DNA of 64,000 nucleotides from a virus, in the IMG/VR virus record IMGVR_UViG_3300044623_001092; one strand, given 5' to 3'. Both the position numbers and the translations under genes were made by a program. Shown here piece after piece: positions 26,860 through 37,230 of this stretch. How positions within the stretch are numbered: position 1 is the stretch's first letter; each line of letters starts with the position of its first letter. The notes under the pieces are model-generated. The model worked only from the letters and a program-made list of their open reading frames with translations, did not search any database and was not told the DNA's origin.

Positions 26860-29670
26860 TTATAAGAATACTTCATACCCTTCACTCGCCAAATCATAAA
26901 TATAATTTGGGTCAATCCCCACTTTATTCCAAAACTCTAACTCTTGGTCTGTTACTGTTAACAAGTCCTCAATAGTATCTTGGTCTTCAGGTCTAAATGG
27001 AATCCCGTTAATTAATTCACATTGGTCAGTTGTAAAGAACCCTCTATCTTCAGGGTCAGTAACTAATAAATTATCTCTAACCTCATCTTTAAAAACAATT
27101 AATAAAGGTTCGATTCGTTTATTGAATGTTGCAATTGCTCTTGGTACATTATACTCACCTTTCATATCAGGGTTTTCTTCGATAACCTTTGGGTCCAATC
27201 TATAACTATTAATTTGAATCATGGATGTTACCGATTCGTCAGGGTGTTTCCCATAAGATTCAAAATGATAATCTAATTGGTCTTGAGACCATCCCCTTTT
27301 CAGTTTAGTTACTTTCTGAACATCACCCTGAGACGCTTTAGTTCCATTATTAACATAAAAGATTACGTCACCTAAATTAACATTTAACTTATCCTTCATA
27401 ACCAATTCCATATGTGCCATTCTTGACATTGCACCACCCGATTTTGTTTTTTGAGTGGTTCTTGTCATGTAGTCTTTAATAGACAATTTGACTTTGGCTC
27501 TTTGAGCGATTTGCATCAATGGGATATTTAGATTAAAGATTATTGAGATGTATTCGTAATACCACTCAACAAATTCTTTACCTTGTCCCTCTAACAAATA
27601 GTTAACACCTTTATCCAAGAACTTTTCAATATACAAGGGTAATTTTTTAGATTTAATAGTATTACCTGTTAATTTAACTTTCCCTTTATGTTCCATAGTT
27701 GCGTAGTTCTTTCTCGCTAAGTTGATACAAGATTTCCATGTACCGTCACAATCAAGACCCATCGCACCTCTCATAAACAAATCGTTAAACTCGGCAACAT
27801 CGGCATCATAACCTGTATATTCTTTACCCTCTTTAACTAACCAATTAAGACCTTTACCAACATATCTTCTATCATCAACACCACCTTCAGGTAATGAGAA
27901 GTTCATACCATCGGTATCACATACTAGTGGAGTGTAATCACGGTTCATGAAGAATCTTAACATCTGACGTAAATATTGTCGACCTGTACAAGTAATCTGT
28001 TCACCTTTGTTCATATCACCCCAAGCAAATACTTGTGGTGCGGATAAAGCCCCAAATAATGAGTTGATGAAAATCTTAATCGGTAATTGTTTACGGTCAA
28101 ATTTAAGGGAAGTCTTTTTATCCTTACTTTCCCATTCTTTCGCCAAGTTCTTGTACATAATACGAGAGTTACGGAAATAGGCTAACATCCCTTTCATCGC
28201 CCCCATAACGTCACACTCAGGAAACACATCGTGAACTAACTGAATAGAGGGGTATAGTGAAGAGTAATCAAGTTTTAGTACATCTTTTGAATAACCTGTT
28301 TTTAATAGTCTTGATAAACCACCAACAAATGCTCCTTTATCTTGTTTCTCAGGAATTGCTAATTTGTGTTTATAAGACCAAGCCAACATAATCATTTTCC
28401 ATAATGTTGCGGTGCCCATTGTTGAAATACGTTCATAAGTAGTTGGTACTAAGGACGCTAATAGAAACGTTCCTTGGTTGAATTCATCATCCACCAATAA
28501 CGTTTCCTCAAGGTCATCGTCAAGATAACGCTCAACTAAATCATCACCTGTTGTTTTAATGTACACTTTATCGTGTTTCTCACAAACGGAATCAATCTTT
28601 GAGTCTAACCCAACTTTTTTGTAGTTACCGTTCTCAATGTTTAACCAATATTCTTCTTTTTTTGCATAGAATGGTCCAATATCTAAGTGGTCAATGTATA
28701 CACGGTCTTTAGCCTCACCATCAATATATTTGGTGATGTATTTCAAACCTGCGGACTTAATACTTGAGTTAATAGCTTGAGCTCGACGAACAGAGTGAAT
28801 AATATCTACAATGTTATAACCCCACATACCAACTTGGTTGTATCTCTCCACCTCATTAGCTAGTTTTAATAAGTTCTCAGACTGTTTTATATTAGATTTA
28901 GGGTTTAGGGTACGGCATATCTTTTTAATGTCTAAATTCAACATTTTACATCTTTCGAATATCCAAACCCAGTCGAAGTTTGCGGAATTGTAACCACCAA
29001 TAATAGTTGGTTTAACCTCATCAATAATTCTAAAGAATTCTACAAGACCTCTACGTTCTTCATCTTCATTAGAACACTCAATTACTCGTTGTAGACCTTT
29101 ATTTGTTTTAATCCCAATCATGAATATACGACCGTCTTTAGGTTCCAAAGCGGTCGTCTCAAGGTCAAATACAAGTCTCGTGATGTCATTGTACTCATCA
29201 AAACCTTTGAATAATCTTTTTTCTCTTGAGATGAGGTATTGTTCTACAGGAGGTAAGATAAGAACCTTACCTTTAGTTATTTCTCCCCAAGGGTCGAGTC
29301 CACCATCACGGAAGAATTGAATTAATGAACGATAACCTTTTAATGATTTAACCATATATTTTAAACCAAACTCTAAACGGTCATTAACAACTCCGTCATC
29401 ATGGCTTGTTCGTAATTTCTCAATCATAATTCCATGCTTAGACATTCCTTCTTTTTGAAGTGCCTTAGATGATTGGTAGAAATTTAAACCACGTAAATCT
29501 CCCACCCAAGCAAACGCGGTAAATGTATCTTTTTGGATTGTTTTTCCTTTCCCTGGCTCTTCTTTTATTTTATAGACTGAATCTGATACATAATCAAATT
29601 CTATGGCCACGATGTGTTCTTCAGGGTCATTCCCTTCTAAGAACGACTTAATTTCTTCTTCGTTTATCAT
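26860..29670 (-). CDS. polB: family B DNA polymerase
   Basis: ExoI FDLET, ExoII GYNSANFD, region A DYSSLYPS, region B KIFINSLFG, region C CDTDG. Confidence 0.95.
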   Translation of the reverse strand: MINEEEIKSFLEGNDPEEHIVAIEFDYVSDSVYKIKEEPGKGKTIQKDTFTAFAWVGDLRGLNFYQSSKALQKEGMSKHGIMIEKLRTSHDDGVVNDRLEFGLKYMVKSLKGYRSLIQFFRDGGLDPWGEITKGKVLILPPVEQYLISREKRLFKGFDEYNDITRLVFDLETTALEPKDGRIFMIGIKTNKGLQRVIECSNEDEERRGLVEFFRIIDEVKPTIIGGYNSANFDWVWIFERCKMLNLDIKKICRTLNPKSNIKQSENLLKLANEVERYNQVGMWGYNIVDIIHSVRRAQAINSSIKSAGLKYITKYIDGEAKDRVYIDHLDIGPFYAKKEEYWLNIENGNYKKVGLDSKIDSVCEKHDKVYIKTTGDDLVERYLDDDLEETLLVDDEFNQGTFLLASLVPTTYERISTMGTATLWKMIMLAWSYKHKLAIPEKQDKGAFVGGLSRLLKTGYSKDVLKLDYSSLYPSIQLVHDVFPECDVMGAMKGMLAYFRNSRIMYKNLAKEWESKDKKTSLKFDRKQLPIKIFINSLFGALSAPQVFAWGDMNKGEQITCTGRQYLRQMLRFFMNRDYTPLVCDTDGMNFSLPEGGVDDRRYVGKGLNWLVKEGKEYTGYDADVAEFNDLFMRGAMGLDCDGTWKSCINLARKNYATMEHKGKVKLTGNTIKSKKLPLYIEKFLDKGVNYLLEGQGKEFVEWYYEYISIIFNLNIPLMQIAQRAKVKLSIKDYMTRTTQKTKSGGAMSRMAHMELVMKDKLNVNLGDVIFYVNNGTKASQGDVQKVTKLKRGWSQDQLDYHFESYGKHPDESVTSMIQINSYRLDPKVIEENPDMKGEYNVPRAIATFNKRIEPLLIVFKDEVRDNLLVTDPEDRGFFTTDQCELINGIPFRPEDQDTIEDLLTVTDQELEFWNKVGIDPNYIYDLASEGYEVFL

Positions 29671-29730
29671 ATCACTTATTTTAATGGTTCATTAGCTGCC
29701 GTTAAAAACGACATTTACCTTACATCAATA

Positions 29731-29759
29731 AGTATATTAGTAAATTTGTTTTTTGTCAA
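29731..29759 (-). promoter_or_regulatory. sigma70-type promoter of DNA polymerase
   Basis: minus strand TTGACA-17 nt-TATACT, 60 nt upstream of ATG. Confidence 0.75.
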
Positions 29760-29761
29760 AT

Positions 29762-29796
29762 AAAAAAAGAGGGTTTTTGTGACCCCCTTTTTTTTT
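29762..29796 (-). terminator. intrinsic terminator
   Basis: minus strand GGGGGT-loop-ACCCTC followed by T7, after the 29812-31731 gene. Confidence 0.65.
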
Positions 29797-29811
29797 ATCT
29801 TAAAAAATAAT

Positions 29812-31731
29812 TTAACTTGCCACATCTGTAATTAACAGTGTATCAGTTGAGTCGTAATATGATAGTCTAGGTTGAGCATCACTTCTTAAAAATATAGTAC
29901 AATTATAGTTAGCGTATACGTGAGTTGATAAACTAAAATTTACAGAATTTAAACCAAATTTAACTTCGTTTAATTGGAAATCATTACCTATTGTGTTAGA
30001 GTAAAAATTGTCAGTAATATTATTATTATAAAAATATTCACCAATATTATTATTATAAAAATAATTACCTATTTTATTACCTTGACTAACACTATTACCA
30101 AAACCAAAATCATTATTAATGAGATTAGAATAGAAATAATTTCTAATTTCATTATATGAGAAGTAATTAGCGATATTATTAGAATAGAAATCATTACCTA
30201 TCTCATTATATTGAAAATTACCAGAAATAACATTACTATAAAAACTATCCCCTATTCTATTTTTAGAGAAATTGTATGAGCCAATAGTTAAATTGGTCCC
30301 GATAGTATTATTTTCAAAAACGTGTTCAATAGTATTTTCGTAGAAATTTGAATATACGGTATTACCATTATATCCGTTACCAATTAAATTACGATTATAA
30401 GTTGAGTAACTTTCATTATTATTATACCCATTACCAATATCATTATTATAGAAATCGTTATAGATTTTATTATCATTAAATTGGTTTCCTATTTCATTAT
30501 TTTGAAAATCTCCATTAGTCCAAACATTATTGTTAAAGTCGTTCCCAATATTATTTCTATAAAAAGAACCACCAATTAGGATATTAAAATCAAAATCACT
30601 ACCAATTCGATTATTATTAAAATTAGAGGTGATATAGTTGTTATTAAAATTTTCCCCAATTATATTACCGTCAAAATCATCATTCGTTGAGTTATTATAA
30701 AATCCATCACCAATTTGATTATTATCACAATCATCATTAAATGTGTTATTATAAGAACCGTTACCGATGGTGTTGTTTCTAAATGAACCTTCTAATAATA
30801 CATTATTTGCCTGTAAAAAATCCCCAGTACCAAATTCTAAATGTAAATTAGAATAGTTACCAATATAGTTATTAACCGCCCCACCATCATCAATAGCGTC
30901 ACCAAATGTTGTGTATTCGTAAACTTGATTTTGGTTTATGTTAGGTTGATAATAACCCATTATACCATCATTATTTCCAAAATAATAAGGTGAATCTGTA
31001 GTTTCATTTATTGTTACACCTGATATAATTGCTATAGAATCACTCTCAACTGATATAACTTCAAAAAATGAAGGATTTAAATTTCGTACTGAAACAATTG
31101 ACCCCGTTGTAAAAGTTGAATTAAATGTTGTGCCCGTGTTACCATATAACACGGCAGTTGTTCCTGTTAAACCACTTATCCCAACAAGACCACTTAATGG
31201 ACTATCTTCGTCATATGAATATCCGTTATATCTTTTAAATAAAATACTTCTGTTATCATAGTCAGTTCTATTATTAAAGTTATCAATTCTTTCAGTGATT
31301 CTACCTTTTGCAGGACTACTAGTTACTTCAGTTGTATTCCAAGTTATGTCGTATGTTATTTTATCATTAGGGTATAATGTTGAATATACGGTAGGAGAAA
31401 ATCCTGTTGTAGATATTGCCAATAATAAAATTGGCTCTGTTGTTCCTGTTTTATAGTTACCCGTTGTTATTGGGGTTTTAGTATTATCATAATTTGGTTG
31501 GTCGTAACACGTTTGGAAGTCAGTCATTAAGTAATAACTTCCAGCGGTTAGTGTTCCACCTGTGGCGAATGAATATAACTCATCGTAAGTACCTTCGTTA
31601 TAGTTTGAATTAGTGAACGCAGAATATGATATATGGTATGTATCACCACTCAATTCTACGGGAAATAATGTATCCGTTGTTACTCCCGAAAGATATGTTA
31701 ATTCCCCAATTGTTTTTCCTGTTAGTGCCAT
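29812..31731 (-). CDS. putative tail fibre/spike with Asn-rich beta-helix repeats
   Basis: about 11-aa repeats F..N.IG(N/D).F..N over the C-terminal 330 aa; S/T/G-rich N-terminus; late motif upstream. Confidence 0.6.
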   Translation of the reverse strand: MALTGKTIGELTYLSGVTTDTLFPVELSGDTYHISYSAFTNSNYNEGTYDELYSFATGGTLTAGSYYLMTDFQTCYDQPNYDNTKTPITTGNYKTGTTEPILLLAISTTGFSPTVYSTLYPNDKITYDITWNTTEVTSSPAKGRITERIDNFNNRTDYDNRSILFKRYNGYSYDEDSPLSGLVGISGLTGTTAVLYGNTGTTFNSTFTTGSIVSVRNLNPSFFEVISVESDSIAIISGVTINETTDSPYYFGNNDGIMGYYQPNINQNQVYEYTTFGDAIDDGGAVNNYIGNYSNLHLEFGTGDFLQANNVLLEGSFRNNTIGNGSYNNTFNDDCDNNQIGDGFYNNSTNDDFDGNIIGENFNNNYITSNFNNNRIGSDFDFNILIGGSFYRNNIGNDFNNNVWTNGDFQNNEIGNQFNDNKIYNDFYNNDIGNGYNNNESYSTYNRNLIGNGYNGNTVYSNFYENTIEHVFENNTIGTNLTIGSYNFSKNRIGDSFYSNVISGNFQYNEIGNDFYSNNIANYFSYNEIRNYFYSNLINNDFGFGNSVSQGNKIGNYFYNNNIGEYFYNNNITDNFYSNTIGNDFQLNEVKFGLNSVNFSLSTHVYANYNCTIFLRSDAQPRLSYYDSTDTLLITDVAS

Positions 31732-31747
31732 AATTTGTTTTTTATTT

Positions 31748-31755
31748 TATAAATA
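31748..31755 (-). promoter_or_regulatory. late promoter motif TATTTATA
   Basis: 16 nt upstream of ATG 31731. Confidence 0.6.
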
Positions 31756-31767
31756 TTATATAGATTA

Positions 31768-32436
31768 TTAAAATTGTAAGTATTCATTATCACCAATTAT
31801 TATATAATCGCCCCCCTCAGTTATTATAGGGTTAATTAATACATCAACAGGTGGTGTTGTACTTGTTGTAGTTGTTACGGGATTGTATGTGGTAGTTGTT
31901 GTTACGGGATTGTATGTGGTAGTTGTTGTTACGGGATTGTATGTGGTAGTTGTTGTTACGGGCGGACATGGTGGGCACGTTGGACATGGGGTAGTTGTTG
32001 TAGTTGTGGTATAAGGACCATTAACACAACAAGGGAATTCAGATGTATAACAACTTTCATACGGTAATTCATCACTAATAAATGATTCTTGAACATTGAT
32101 AAATAATGTTTCTCTTATTGGTAGAATTAAAACCCCATCGTCAGACCTTAGCATAAATTGACCTTCATATCGGCCAACTCTGTTAGTGTCTTTATTAGTA
32201 AATTGATAATAGATATAATATTCGGGTTGGGCATTTGGGTCCTCAAAAAGTTTTTCCACAAATCCTGCTGGTCGTGTACTTATTTTTGGGATGCCTGTTT
32301 CAACATCAACCATAGAAAAGAAGATTGCCGACAACTCAATGTTTTTCATAAAGTTATCGTAATCACTTCTACCGTCTTTAACGACTTGTAATTTTAAAAC
32401 AGGTAATGTTGCGTTTTTTTTAATGAAAAACTCCAT
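31768..32436 (-). CDS. putative virion protein: BppU-like N-terminal domain plus Cys hinge and Thr-rich mucin-like stalk
   Basis: FFIKKNATLPVLKLQV..YYQF..DT..GRYEGQF; then TTTTTTTPCPTCPPCPP(VTTTTTYNP)3. Confidence 0.6.
   Translation of the reverse strand: MEFFIKKNATLPVLKLQVVKDGRSDYDNFMKNIELSAIFFSMVDVETGIPKISTRPAGFVEKLFEDPNAQPEYYIYYQFTNKDTNRVGRYEGQFMLRSDDGVLILPIRETLFINVQESFISDELPYESCYTSEFPCCVNGPYTTTTTTTPCPTCPPCPPVTTTTTYNPVTTTTTYNPVTTTTTYNPVTTTTSTTPPVDVLINPIITEGGDYIIIGDNEYLQF
31871..31962. repeat. perfect 27-bp coding tandem repeat, about 3.4 copies
   Basis: unit gttgttacgggattgtatgtggtagtt, encoding PVTTTTTYN on the minus strand. Confidence 0.9.
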
Positions 32437-32449
32437 TTATTATTTTTAC

Positions 32450-32457
32450 TATAAATA
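32450..32457 (-). promoter_or_regulatory. late promoter motif TATTTATA
   Basis: 13 nt upstream of ATG 32436. Confidence 0.6.
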
Positions 32458-32475
32458 CTTTATAATATAAAATAA

Positions 32476-34167
32476 TTAACTTTCTTTTCTTAAATCTCTA
32501 GAATAATGGTCAAAACGATTATGTTCAGTTGGTGTTAATAATAATAACCCACCATTGATTTTACCTTTTTTAGTTTCTTGGAAAATGTGACTCATCCACG
32601 TTTGTTCATAAGGGTGGGCCCATGTTGTTTCTAAAAACATTTTTCTACTACCTTCTTTTGATACTACTTGAGGCCAATTACAATAATAAACATCACCTGT
32701 CACATAAGGAACACCGTCAAAAATACTAACACTTTCATACTTAGTTTTTGGTGCGTTTTCTGAAGTACCATTTTGTGGTAATTCTTTATTATTAGGCCAA
32801 TATTCTTCTCTAACAACTTGAGGAACATTATACCAACTCCATTGAATTGAATTGTCACCAAAAAATTCACTGAAGTTTAATTTAAGAAAATCAAATTTTT
32901 CTTTTTGGATAATTGACAAACTTTTTCTAAATAAGTTAGGAACGAATCTATTGAAACCATTTCGACATGTTTCACCTTCTTTTGGAAAGAAGAACATATC
33001 ATCCTCAAAGAAATACATGTAATCCATATCAGACTTTTCAAAATGTTCTGCAATCCATTGTCTCCCACCACAAATACCTAAATTTTCCTTTTTAATGTGT
33101 TCAAAACCATATTCACTACAAAGTTCGGAATAGATAGGGGTTGTTGATAAATCAGTTGAATTATCCAATAATATTTTTCTTGGTTTTTTAATAAAATCCT
33201 CGTCATAAGATAACATTGAATCAATTAAAGTTTTTAATTGATTCGGACTATTGAATCCTATCACATACAGACCAACATTATCTTTTGATGGTGGTGTAAA
33301 TGATACGGGCTCAGACAGTTTAATTTCTTCTTGTTTTGGAATTAATTTACCATCTTTTAAATCCTCAAAGAATTTACCAATTAAACCATTATACTCGATA
33401 TCAAAATGTGATACTTTGTCAGAATGTTTATATGTGATAATTGAAAAAATACTTTCTTCGGTACCCATTAATGAATTAGATAATGTATCAGTCAATAATG
33501 AATAGTAGATTCCGTTAATTTCTTCGATAGTATTTTTAGGCCCACCAAAGAACCCTCCTCTAGCAACTAATTTAACCTCGTTATTAGCGTACTTATTTAA
33601 TTCAGGTAAATTAAAACCATGAATTTCTGTCGCACCCTCATATGGGAATGTTATAAATGAAAATTTATCAACATAATTATGTAACTTATCTAAAACTTTG
33701 TCGTGAGTGAAATAACCAGGGTGTACAGTATTTGTAATACCCGCGTCTAACCAAAACAAATATTCAGTATCGAACTTATCCATAATACGAGCATCGTTCA
33801 GTAAGAACATTTTACTCATAACTAATGGATTATAGTACGGTAGTTTTGCTTGTGTTGAATCTTTAATCCAACCTGTTTGTTTTAACCAATTCTCACTATT
33901 TCTAATACTTTGTATTAAATCATAATAATCGTTATTCCTAAACCAATCTAAATTTCTTAATATAAATTGAGTATTAGTATTACTTCTACGTTCTGAGACA
34001 AATTTTTGGAGATTTTCGTCACCAAAAATAATCATATTCTCATCAATCTTTAGAAGTTCATTAAATTTTGTTAAATAATGGTCCATAGACCTAGCCCAAT
34101 CATTAGATAATTGGTCTCTACCAATATCCCATAAACCTGTTACTATTGTTACTTTATTTGAACTCAT
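32476..34167 (-). CDS. HtrL/YibB-like domain fused to a GT-A glycosyltransferase domain
   Basis: TIVTGLWDIGR, YNPLVMSK, FWLDAG, GGFFGG, GTEESI; C-terminal half with ILLDNS, NLGICGGR, FFEDD. Confidence 0.7.
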   Translation of the reverse strand: MSSNKVTIVTGLWDIGRDQLSNDWARSMDHYLTKFNELLKIDENMIIFGDENLQKFVSERRSNTNTQFILRNLDWFRNNDYYDLIQSIRNSENWLKQTGWIKDSTQAKLPYYNPLVMSKMFLLNDARIMDKFDTEYLFWLDAGITNTVHPGYFTHDKVLDKLHNYVDKFSFITFPYEGATEIHGFNLPELNKYANNEVKLVARGGFFGGPKNTIEEINGIYYSLLTDTLSNSLMGTEESIFSIITYKHSDKVSHFDIEYNGLIGKFFEDLKDGKLIPKQEEIKLSEPVSFTPPSKDNVGLYVIGFNSPNQLKTLIDSMLSYDEDFIKKPRKILLDNSTDLSTTPIYSELCSEYGFEHIKKENLGICGGRQWIAEHFEKSDMDYMYFFEDDMFFFPKEGETCRNGFNRFVPNLFRKSLSIIQKEKFDFLKLNFSEFFGDNSIQWSWYNVPQVVREEYWPNNKELPQNGTSENAPKTKYESVSIFDGVPYVTGDVYYCNWPQVVSKEGSRKMFLETTWAHPYEQTWMSHIFQETKKGKINGGLLLLTPTEHNRFDHYSRDLRKES

Positions 34168-34172
34168 ATTAA

Positions 34173-34871
34173 TTATTTTTCTTTTATTTTACAAACCCAC
34201 GCAACTTTAGTAAACACATCTTGTAGGTAATCATATAGATTATTTTCAACACATTTTGAGTAAATGTCGGAGTTTTGTATTTCTAGCCAATTCCAAAATT
34301 TACCTTTAATTTCCGTTTCAAATTTTTCATTATCATAACAATAATCATGAGCCATAATAATATCCCCAACCTTTAAAAGTGGTGATATTAAATTAAATTC
34401 ATTTTTTTTAACCCCACCATCACATAGAACTAAAGTACAACCATCTTGTTGGATAAAGTCAGATAACTCATTTTTAATATTTTCCGAAATAAATTCCGTA
34501 TAATCACCTGAAAATAAATTCTCAACTTTAACCACAATATTTAATTTGTCAGACTCAACTTGAGGGGTTAAATAAATTGGTGGGTTAACATCGTAAGTGA
34601 TTAAATCTGAACTGTGTAAATTGTTATTATCTAATAAATCTCTAATTATTAACGTAAGTCCTCCAGCAAATGTCCCAATTTCTAAAACACGTTTAGGTTT
34701 ATTTTGTGAAATCAATTTATCAAAGGGATAAACTATATTTGGGTTCTGTTCTACTGATAGACCATTATAAGATAAATGACTAATACTACCGTCCCTTATA
34801 ACTGAATTAAAGTAATCATTTTCAAAACAATTTTGTCCTGAACAACTCATTTTATTTTTCACATTTTCCAT
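34173..34871 (-). CDS. class I SAM-dependent methyltransferase (CmcI/Methyltransf_24-like)
   Basis: VLEIGTFAGG, LCDGG, GDIIMAHDY; start moved to ATG at 34871, just after the upstream stop. Confidence 0.75.
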   Translation of the reverse strand: MENVKNKMSCSGQNCFENDYFNSVIRDGSISHLSYNGLSVEQNPNIVYPFDKLISQNKPKRVLEIGTFAGGLTLIIRDLLDNNNLHSSDLITYDVNPPIYLTPQVESDKLNIVVKVENLFSGDYTEFISENIKNELSDFIQQDGCTLVLCDGGVKKNEFNLISPLLKVGDIIMAHDYCYDNEKFETEIKGKFWNWLEIQNSDIYSKCVENNLYDYLQDVFTKVAWVCKIKEK

Positions 34872-34875
34872 ATTA

Positions 34876-35823
34876 TTATTGTATAATACCACAATCATTT
34901 AAAAATGATTCTAGTTGTTTTATTTGGTTTATTGGTAAACAATTATTCTCATACCATTTTCGGGCATTGTTGATAATATCAATATAATCATCATTACTAT
35001 TAATGTAATTAATTTTATCAGTAATTTTTTCCATAATATAATTATGTTCTGACGAATTGTATAACTTACTTCTAATATCGTCATCCAAAAGAGTGATGTA
35101 ATGAACATCATCAATTAGTGGGTCATTTGTTTTTATACTTAATGGTTCTCTTAAACATAAAATACCAAGTCCAAAATATTCTAAATCTCGGTAACAAATT
35201 TTTGCTGCACCATTTAAACTTATCCCAAATTTATATTTAGTGATTTCATTAAAATAATTGGTCTTATTTAGGTAATCGGTTGGATTTGATTTGTCTTTAA
35301 ATAAAAATAATTTATTAGTTGATAATAAATTTCGATATGCGTCTCGTTCACCATAACATAATCCATTAAAATAAATATTGTTTAATCTATCAGGATAATT
35401 TCTATTGTCCTCAATACGTTGAACATCACTTAAATTTTCTAAAATATAGAATGATGGTATAATATTATATTTTGTTGAGTATCTTGAAATAATATCATCA
35501 GTTAAATTTGATGTACATGAGAAGGCCACTACATCAAAGTTTAGAATTCCACTACTATCGTCCATCATCGCGGGAGCATAGTCGGATAAACTATGAATGA
35601 ATGTTTTATTAGTTTCTTTATTTGTGACGATTAAATTATAAATACTAAAAATAGAGGTTGAGGATGATATATCACAATTATCAAATCGTTGAGACAATTC
35701 AGAAATTGGGGTGTATATTACATCATCACCATATTTTGAAACTAAATGTTCATAAAATAAGTGATAAATTTCCCCAACGTACCAATCATGTTGGTAACGA
35801 TTAAAAGAAACTTCAATAGTCAT
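34876..35823 (-). CDS. putative glycosyltransferase (GT-B C-terminal-like)
   Basis: YFNG, KFGISLNG..ICYRDLE..GLG, VHYI, NARKWYE. Confidence 0.55.
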   Translation of the reverse strand: MTIEVSFNRYQHDWYVGEIYHLFYEHLVSKYGDDVIYTPISELSQRFDNCDISSSTSIFSIYNLIVTNKETNKTFIHSLSDYAPAMMDDSSGILNFDVVAFSCTSNLTDDIISRYSTKYNIIPSFYILENLSDVQRIEDNRNYPDRLNNIYFNGLCYGERDAYRNLLSTNKLFLFKDKSNPTDYLNKTNYFNEITKYKFGISLNGAAKICYRDLEYFGLGILCLREPLSIKTNDPLIDDVHYITLLDDDIRSKLYNSSEHNYIMEKITDKINYINSNDDYIDIINNARKWYENNCLPINQIKQLESFLNDCGIIQ

Positions 35824-36667
35824 AACAAGGTATTATTTGTACATTATTTATTTTACTAAAAATTAAAAAATTTGAAGTTCGACTCCATTCTGAAATATGT
35901 GTTATATTTAATGAATCAGATAAAGTTAACATATCAAAAATTGTAAATTTAGTTCTCTCAAATAATTCATTTTGAGACATTACAGGTTTTTTGCCCGTCC
36001 AATGGTTCCCTATTTCATTCTCATATGGTATATCGTATGATATTATTTTACCATCACCTAATTCTTTTATTTTATCTTTAAGTTTAGAACTATTTGAACA
36101 CACAAAAATTTTATCATTATTCACTATTAATTCACTAATTAATTTTTCATATTTTAGATATAATTTGGAATCATCAATGTAGTCGTAAGTCCTGAAATAG
36201 ATTGAATTAAATGGTGTATTTAAATCATATTTAGTTTTAATGTTACGATATTCTTCGTAAATATTTTGATTAAATAATTTAATATCTTTAGGTGTTTTAC
36301 TTTCTTGATATGGATATATGGATAACAATCCATATTTGAAGTTCTCAGGGTCGCTAATAAATAAGTCCCACCAATGTTGACCTGGTGATGCACTACCTAA
36401 TGTGTAAACTCTAGTTAAATCTTCATGAACAATTTGACTTATAGGTGTATCAACAATTGTAACCTTTGAAAAATGGTTAAAAACCTTTTCATTAAATAAA
36501 TCAAAAAAATTTTCGTTATATAAATAAACGTTATTTCTTATGTTTAAAATTAACTCAATATCGTATCCATTTTTTTTTAGTGTTTCGGCGGTTTCAAGGT
36601 ATTCATATACCGCCACAATACAATCACCTAAACCTGATGAAAAATTATGTTGTATTAATGCTCTCAT
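35813..36667 (-). CDS. putative fucosyltransferase (GT11/GT23/O-FucT-like)
   Basis: SGLGD N-terminal motif, SIYFRTYD, IFVCSNS, FDMLTLS, SNF. Confidence 0.6.
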   Translation of the reverse strand: MRALIQHNFSSGLGDCIVAVYEYLETAETLKKNGYDIELILNIRNNVYLYNENFFDLFNEKVFNHFSKVTIVDTPISQIVHEDLTRVYTLGSASPGQHWWDLFISDPENFKYGLLSIYPYQESKTPKDIKLFNQNIYEEYRNIKTKYDLNTPFNSIYFRTYDYIDDSKLYLKYEKLISELIVNNDKIFVCSNSSKLKDKIKELGDGKIISYDIPYENEIGNHWTGKKPVMSQNELFERTKFTIFDMLTLSDSLNITHISEWSRTSNFLIFSKINNVQIIPCYDY

Positions 36668-36679
36668 GTTAATTGGTTT

Positions 36680-37210
36680 TTATTTTATAGCTTCGACATT
36701 TAAACTCATTAATTTCCCATTTTCTTTATCCATATGTGGTATATAGGCTTGTGAGAAATCGTCAATATTTGAATGTTCAGTTTTTCTCCAATCAAAGTAA
36801 TTAACTTCTTTAAAATTAATCGAGATTAAATCTTTTTTTAATGAGTTGAAATCCCATATGTAATAATGGAAATTTTCTTTGTAAGTTTGACCACCATATA
36901 GGAACCCCATTAATTTTGATAAATCTTTGGTCTCATTATAATGTTCGTTAACTGATTGGAAATTAGGTACGGATATTCGTAACACACCACCTTCTTTTAA
37001 AATTTCAAACCATCGTTTTAACACATTAAGATATTCATGTCGACCAAAATGTTCTAATACGTGACAAGCGTAGATTACGTCAACACTATTGTTGGGTATT
37101 TTATTTAACTTGTAAATATCGTCAATAATGTCAGGATTAACGTCAGGTCTAATATCAATATTTACATACCCTTCAATTTTTTTCAACCCACAACCTAAAT
37201 GTAATTTCAT
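36680..37210 (-). CDS. SAM-dependent methyltransferase (Methyltransf_11-like)
   Basis: LHLGCG, NIDI, YACHVLEH, LKEGG.LRISVP. Confidence 0.85.
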   Translation of the reverse strand: MKLHLGCGLKKIEGYVNIDIRPDVNPDIIDDIYKLNKIPNNSVDVIYACHVLEHFGRHEYLNVLKRWFEILKEGGVLRISVPNFQSVNEHYNETKDLSKLMGFLYGGQTYKENFHYYIWDFNSLKKDLISINFKEVNYFDWRKTEHSNIDDFSQAYIPHMDKENGKLMSLNVEAIK

Positions 37211-37230
37211 ATTTAATTTTTTTTCTTATT

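Noticed and set aside
26860-29670. Intein or intron in the DNA polymerase
   Set aside because: Single ORF of ordinary length with no intein splice motifs seen
29940-30900. AAT/AAC-rich region as a diversity-generating retroelement target
   Set aside because: Explained by Asn-ladder beta-helix repeats; no reverse transcriptase or TR/VR pair seen in the window
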